Below, in pieces: positions 61,201 through 64,000 of a stretch of 64,000 nucleotides of DNA; the stretch's first letter is position 1, and each line of letters opens with the position of its first letter. A model generated the notes under the pieces. The model was given only the letters and a program-made list of their open reading frames with translations, was not told where the DNA came from and ran no database searches. This DNA comes from an uncultured Acidobacteriota bacterium (GTDB lineage Bacteria > Acidobacteriota > Vicinamibacteria > Fen-336), in NCBI GenBank assembly GCA_963818355.1, contig CAWFSB010000039.1, positions 45,052-109,051 of the forward strand, read 5' to 3'. The position numbers and the translations under genes were made by a program.

Positions 61201-62722
61201 CGGGCGCGAGCGTGGCATCTTCCGGCACCCCTTCGAGGGACGGGGAGAGGACGAGCGGATCGGCTCGCACGATGCCCGCGTGCGCGACCTGCTGCTGGAC
61301 GCCGAGGAGCGGCGGTTGCTTTCCGTCGACGAGGCCGGCGAGTTTCGCCTCTGGCTGCTACCCGAGGGGACATGCCTCCGCACCCTGCGCGGCTCTCCTC
61401 CCCAGCGCTTCACCCTCCCCTCCTTCGACCGTGCGGGGAGGCGTGTTGCCTGGGCGTCGCCGGACGGGGCGCACGTCTGGGACCTCGAAGACCCGCCCGA
61501 CGCGCGCCCCCTTCGCCTCCCCCGAGGGGATGTGGCCGACTTCGGCGAGACCACTTTCACGCGCGACGGGCGGTGGCTCGCGACGGGGAGCTTCGGGAGC
61601 GCCGCGCTGTTCCCGATGTGGCTTCCGCACGCCCGGACGCTGCAGGGACACCTGGAGGGGCCGCTCGCCTTCGCCTTCACGCCCGACTCCCGGCTCCTCG
61701 TCTCGTGCGCCAAGGACGGCGCCCGCATCTGGCCATTGGTGCCCGGGGCGGGTGCGGCACGTCGTATCGAACTGGAGGGCGACTACTACTGCTACGGTGT
61801 CGCGGCGGATCCCAAGGGGGAGGCGCTCGTCGTCGTCTCGCCGTTCCTCGGGGTCTACTCGGTTCCGCTCGGCGGCGGCGCGCCGCGCAAGCTCCTCGAC
61901 TTCGCCCACCGGCGGCTCGCGATCAGCGCCACGGCGTTCGACGAACGCAGCCGACGCCTCGCCGTGGCCTCTCATTACGGCGACCCTCGGGAGGAGATGC
62001 TCCTCTACGTCCTCGACCTCGAGCGCGGGACCGTCGACACGACCCGTCTCCGTGACCCGGGGGGCCAGGACCCCTGGGCTGCCGGGGTTCGCGTTGTCCG
62101 GTTCGATCCCGAGGGGCGTGTGATCGTGGCCGGTGAAGGGGGCGTCCGACGCTGGCGGCCCGGTGGCGCCATCGAGACGATCATGGGCGGGCCCGGGTCC
62201 TACGCGGTGTTCGACGCGAGCCTCGATTTCCGGACGCTGGTGGTCCTGGAAGGCGCGTTCCACCTCGGGTCGTCCACGTTGAGCGACGCCCGGATCACGG
62301 TTCTCGACACGGAGACCGGAAGTCGCCGGACGATCACGACGCACGGGAAGAACCTCGTGCGCGTCATCGCCACCGACCCCCTGGGCCAGCTCGTCGTCAC
62401 CGGGGACGCCCAGGGCGTCGTCCGAGTGGGACGCGCCACAGGCGGAGAGCCCCACCTGCTCCTGGGCCACGACAGTCCGGTGCGCGCGCTCGCGGTCTCG
62501 CCGGACGGACGGTGGGTCGTCTCGGCCGCGGGCAACGACATACGCCTCTGGCCCATGCCCGACCTCTCGAAGCCGCCCTTTCACACCCTCCCGTACGACG
62601 AGCTCATGGCGAGGCTCCGGGCGCTGACCAACCTCCAGGTGCTGGAAGACCCCGCGTGGCCAACCGGCTACAAGACCGAAATCGGCCCGTTCCCCGGCTG
62701 GAAGGACGTCCCGACGTGGTGA
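58277..62722 (+). CDS. Ser/Thr protein kinase / STAND-type P-loop NTPase / TM helix / beta-propeller (WD40- or TolB-like) protein, 1481 aa
   Basis: ORF 58277..62722 is intact. Kinase motifs GAGGMAEVY, VAIKVV, HCDLKPDN (non-RD), DFGIA, YLSPEQ. Then PYPGLRAFTEADTGRFFGREAEV, Walker A GPSGAGKTS, and VVIVDQFEELF. Hydrophobic helix AAVAGVFGALLLVLAVIGALL at about nt 60454-60513. Repeated ..SPDG..L..... propeller-like units run to the end. Confidence 0.85.
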   Translation: MPLAAGVRLGPYEIAELLGAGGMAEVYRAHDPRLGRDVAIKVVLTDGAPAPDRLRAFEDEARAVAALSHPNVLTVFDVGSSGGRPYLVLELLEGESLRQRLQRGSMPLRSAVELAIEVCHGLEAAHARSVVHCDLKPDNLFLTADGRVKILDFGIARLTRPNGGDPADTDTKPGLLMGTVGYLSPEQARGLAPDGRADLFALGAILYEALSGRRAFAGASVADTIAAVLHDDPPPLRTVLGPLPSMLDRVVRRCLHKDRDERFHSAHDLALALEAVLDRPLPGGGPVAGDEERSPYPGLRAFTEADTGRFFGREAEVGRVWERLRHERLLGVIGPSGAGKTSFVRAGVAAAQPTGWAVIVCTPGTAPLQQLGQCLAPHLAGDPEALRLLVRFDDPECALALLARWRRGYVAAVVIVDQFEELFTLNPPEGQARFAALLGRLAAEADVRVLLSMRDDFLMRCHDHEGLRTVFDGLVPLGAPSGDALRRALVEPARAEGFRFEEGLADEMLAAVEGERGALPLLAFSVARLWGERERGGRLLTRAAYEQTGGVAGALAQHAEETLERIGDARQALVREVFRNLVTAEGTRASVDREELLSAFADRRAVEEVLDELVDARLLTTYEVRARDGDRRYRVEIIHESLLRAWPRLVRWQAQDAEGSLLRDQLRQAAHLWDEKKRPADLLWSGTSFREFALWRERYPGALTALEEQFARAMVSRVESRRRLRHAAVAGVFGALLLVLAVIGALLRRTNLALERSVVDQARARASKLVALGRLELGNYPTAALAYARKSLEKADTIEARLLALEALWRGPTARILPLPRELDCTRLAFSPDGQRLACSGFQPRVAVFTDDGVRSKVLGGHESLADARAVAFTPDGRNLLTWAPGDPLVRDWSVDGWMPRDIPGEALWLRVADEGTAVSIGSVGGGRTHVVRSFSPDGGTVNRSWRWTPPAELRFDQPGLRPLAVDRNVRWLLYGRERGIFRHPFEGRGEDERIGSHDARVRDLLLDAEERRLLSVDEAGEFRLWLLPEGTCLRTLRGSPPQRFTLPSFDRAGRRVAWASPDGAHVWDLEDPPDARPLRLPRGDVADFGETTFTRDGRWLATGSFGSAALFPMWLPHARTLQGHLEGPLAFAFTPDSRLLVSCAKDGARIWPLVPGAGAARRIELEGDYYCYGVAADPKGEALVVVSPFLGVYSVPLGGGAPRKLLDFAHRRLAISATAFDERSRRLAVASHYGDPREEMLLYVLDLERGTVDTTRLRDPGGQDPWAAGVRVVRFDPEGRVIVAGEGGVRRWRPGGAIETIMGGPGSYAVFDASLDFRTLVVLEGAFHLGSSTLSDARITVLDTETGSRRTITTHGKNLVRVIATDPLGQLVVTGDAQGVVRVGRATGGEPHLLLGHDSPVRALAVSPDGRWVVSAAGNDIRLWPMPDLSKPPFHTLPYDELMARLRALTNLQVLEDPAWPTGYKTEIGPFPGWKDVPTW

Positions 62723-62725
62723 GGC

Positions 62726-62975
62726 TGTCATGCCGAGAAGCTCCGGCTCGTCACGCTGTCATTCCGAGCGGGCACCGGCGGCTGCCGGTCGCCGAGGGCA
62801 ATGAACTTGTCACCCCGAGGAGCTCCATCCGGGCCGGGCGACGAGGGGTCCGCCGGTGCCGGCGCGGAGACTGCGGATTCCTCGGGACCCGTTCTCCCGA
62901 AGTCCCTCGGAATGACGAAGTCATCAGCAGGAGCTTCGGTTCGCTGGGCGACGAGGAATCCGCCGGCCGTCGGAG
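62726..62975 (+). repeat. nested-palindrome intergenic repeat, copy 6 (compound: two partial units, one full unit at 62808-62917, one partial unit)
   Basis: TGTCATGCCGAGAAGC.., TGTCATTCCGAGCGGG.., TGTCACCCCGAGGAGC..GGGCGACGAGGGGTCCGCC..TGCGGATTCCTCGGGACC..AAGTCCCTCGGAATGAC, then ..AGGAGCTTCGG..GGGCGACGAGGAATCCGCC. It fills almost the whole gap between the two kinase genes. Confidence 0.85.
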
Positions 62976-62981
62976 TCCGCC

Positions 62982-64000
62982 ATGAGTCTGACGGCCGGCG
63001 CCTGTCTCGGTCCCTACGAGATCCGCGAGCTCCTGGGTGCCGGGGGCATGGGCGAGGTGTACCGCGCGCACGATTCCCGGCTGGGCCGTGACGTCGCGCT
63101 GAAGGTCATTCTGACCGACGGTGCACCGAGTGCGGAGCGCCTGAAGCGGTTCGAGGACGAGGCGCGGGCGGTGGCGCGCCTGACGCACCCGAACGTCCTG
63201 GCGGTGTTCGACGTGGGGGCGCACGACGGAAGGCCCTACGTGGTCTTCGAGCTGCTGGAGGGGGAGACGCTGCGGCAGCGCCTGCGGACGCGGGCCGCTT
63301 CCGCTGCGCTCCGCGGTGGAGTCGGCGGTGCAGGTGTGCCGTGGGCTGCAGGCGGCGCACGCGCGGGGGATCCTGCACCGGGACCTCAAGCCGGAGAACC
63401 TGTTCCTGACGTCGGACGGGTTCGTGAAGATCCTGGACTTCGGCCTGGCGAAGCTCACGCGGGGGGACGGGGCGGAGGCGGGGCCGGGGCGGACGCAGAC
63501 GGTGGCGGGCGTCGTGATGGGGACGCCGGGCTACCTCTCGCCGGAGCAGGCGCGAGGGGAGGGAGGCGGACGCGCGGTCGGACCTCTTCGCTCTGGGGGC
63601 GATTCTCTACGAGGCGCTGTCGGGCCGGCGGGCCTTCTCGGGGGCGACGGCGGCGGAGACGATCTCGGCGATCCTGCACGAGGACCCGCCGCCGGTGCGG
63701 ACGGCCTCGGGGCCGCTGCCGGGGCCGGTGGAGCGGGTCGTGCGGCGCTGCCTGGCGAAGGAGCCCGAGGATCGCTTCCACTCCGCGCACGACCTGGCCT
63801 TCGCGCTCGAGGCGGTTCTGGACCGGCCCGTCGCGGCGGCGCTCGTCGGAGACGACGGCGGGACGACGAGCCCGTACCCCGGCCTCGGCTCCTTCACCGA
63901 GGCGGACGCGGACCGCTTCTTCGGGAGGGAAGGCGAGGTCGAGGCGCTCTGGCAGCGCATCCGGTCGCGGCGGCTCCTCGCGGTGATCGGGCCCTCGGGG
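62982..64000 (+). CDS. second Ser/Thr kinase / STAND NTPase paralogue, 3' end outside window (2 frame disruptions: ~63290, ~63565)
   Basis: [44 protein letters not shown].. parallels the N-terminus of the upstream gene. After the shifts it reads [10 protein letters not shown] (RD type), ILDFGLA, YLSPEQ, then [23 protein letters not shown] and ..LLAVIGPSG at the window edge. Confidence 0.8.

Noticed and set aside
597-62975. Whether the repeated palindromic elements could be a CRISPR array.
   Set aside because: Copies are 3.5-36 kb apart, internally palindromic, variable in length and in both orientations. They lack regularly spaced unique spacers, and there are no cas genes in the window.
1-64000. 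Frame jumps as programmed ribosomal frameshifting, or as evidence of IS elements or transposases.
   Set aside because: There are far too many, in unrelated housekeeping and catabolic genes. I saw no slippery heptamer or downstream structure pattern, and no transposase-like sequence anywhere.

Overview
Very GC-rich (about 70% by eye) bacterial chromosomal segment with roughly 50 protein-coding genes. I see no rRNA, tRNA, CRISPR, transposase or phage genes. The gene content looks like an Acidobacteriota-type soil bacterium (inference only): three TonB-dependent receptors with N-terminal carboxypeptidase-regulatory-like domains and no SusD partner, many Tat-exported glycan-active enzymes, PIG-L deacetylases, and giant Ser/Thr-kinase/beta-propeller proteins. 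From 0 to 43 kb the window is mostly glycan and sugar acquisition and catabolism (TBDRs, GH42, heparinase II/III-like, L-fuconate dehydratase-like, DUF1080, Gfo/Idh/MocA, MFS). Housekeeping genes are interspersed (kdsC-like, topA, glnA-like, pabB-pabC). From 43.5 to 51.7 kb lies a cluster controlled by a two-component system and sigma54. It encodes two cupredoxins, two beta-barrels, a His-rich Tat lipoprotein, a dihaem cytochrome c and a PilZ protein. GH127, FTCD, a short CDF transporter and pgm follow. From 58.3 to 64 kb there are two tandem Ser/Thr-kinase / STAND-NTPase / TM / beta-propeller genes. Non-coding highlights are a nested-palindrome intergenic repeat family (6 loci), an identical 12-mer next to the -35 of two promoters flanking a GntR operon, TTGACA-N18-TAnnnT promoters (two apparently leaderless), a sigma54 promoter with upstream palindromes, and a recurrent hairpin terminator. 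By manual joining of the six-frame track, the sequence carries roughly 70-90 frame disruptions, very unevenly distributed. For disrupted genes the coordinates are outer boundaries and the internal shift positions are approximate. All family calls come from motif recognition by eye, with no searches run.
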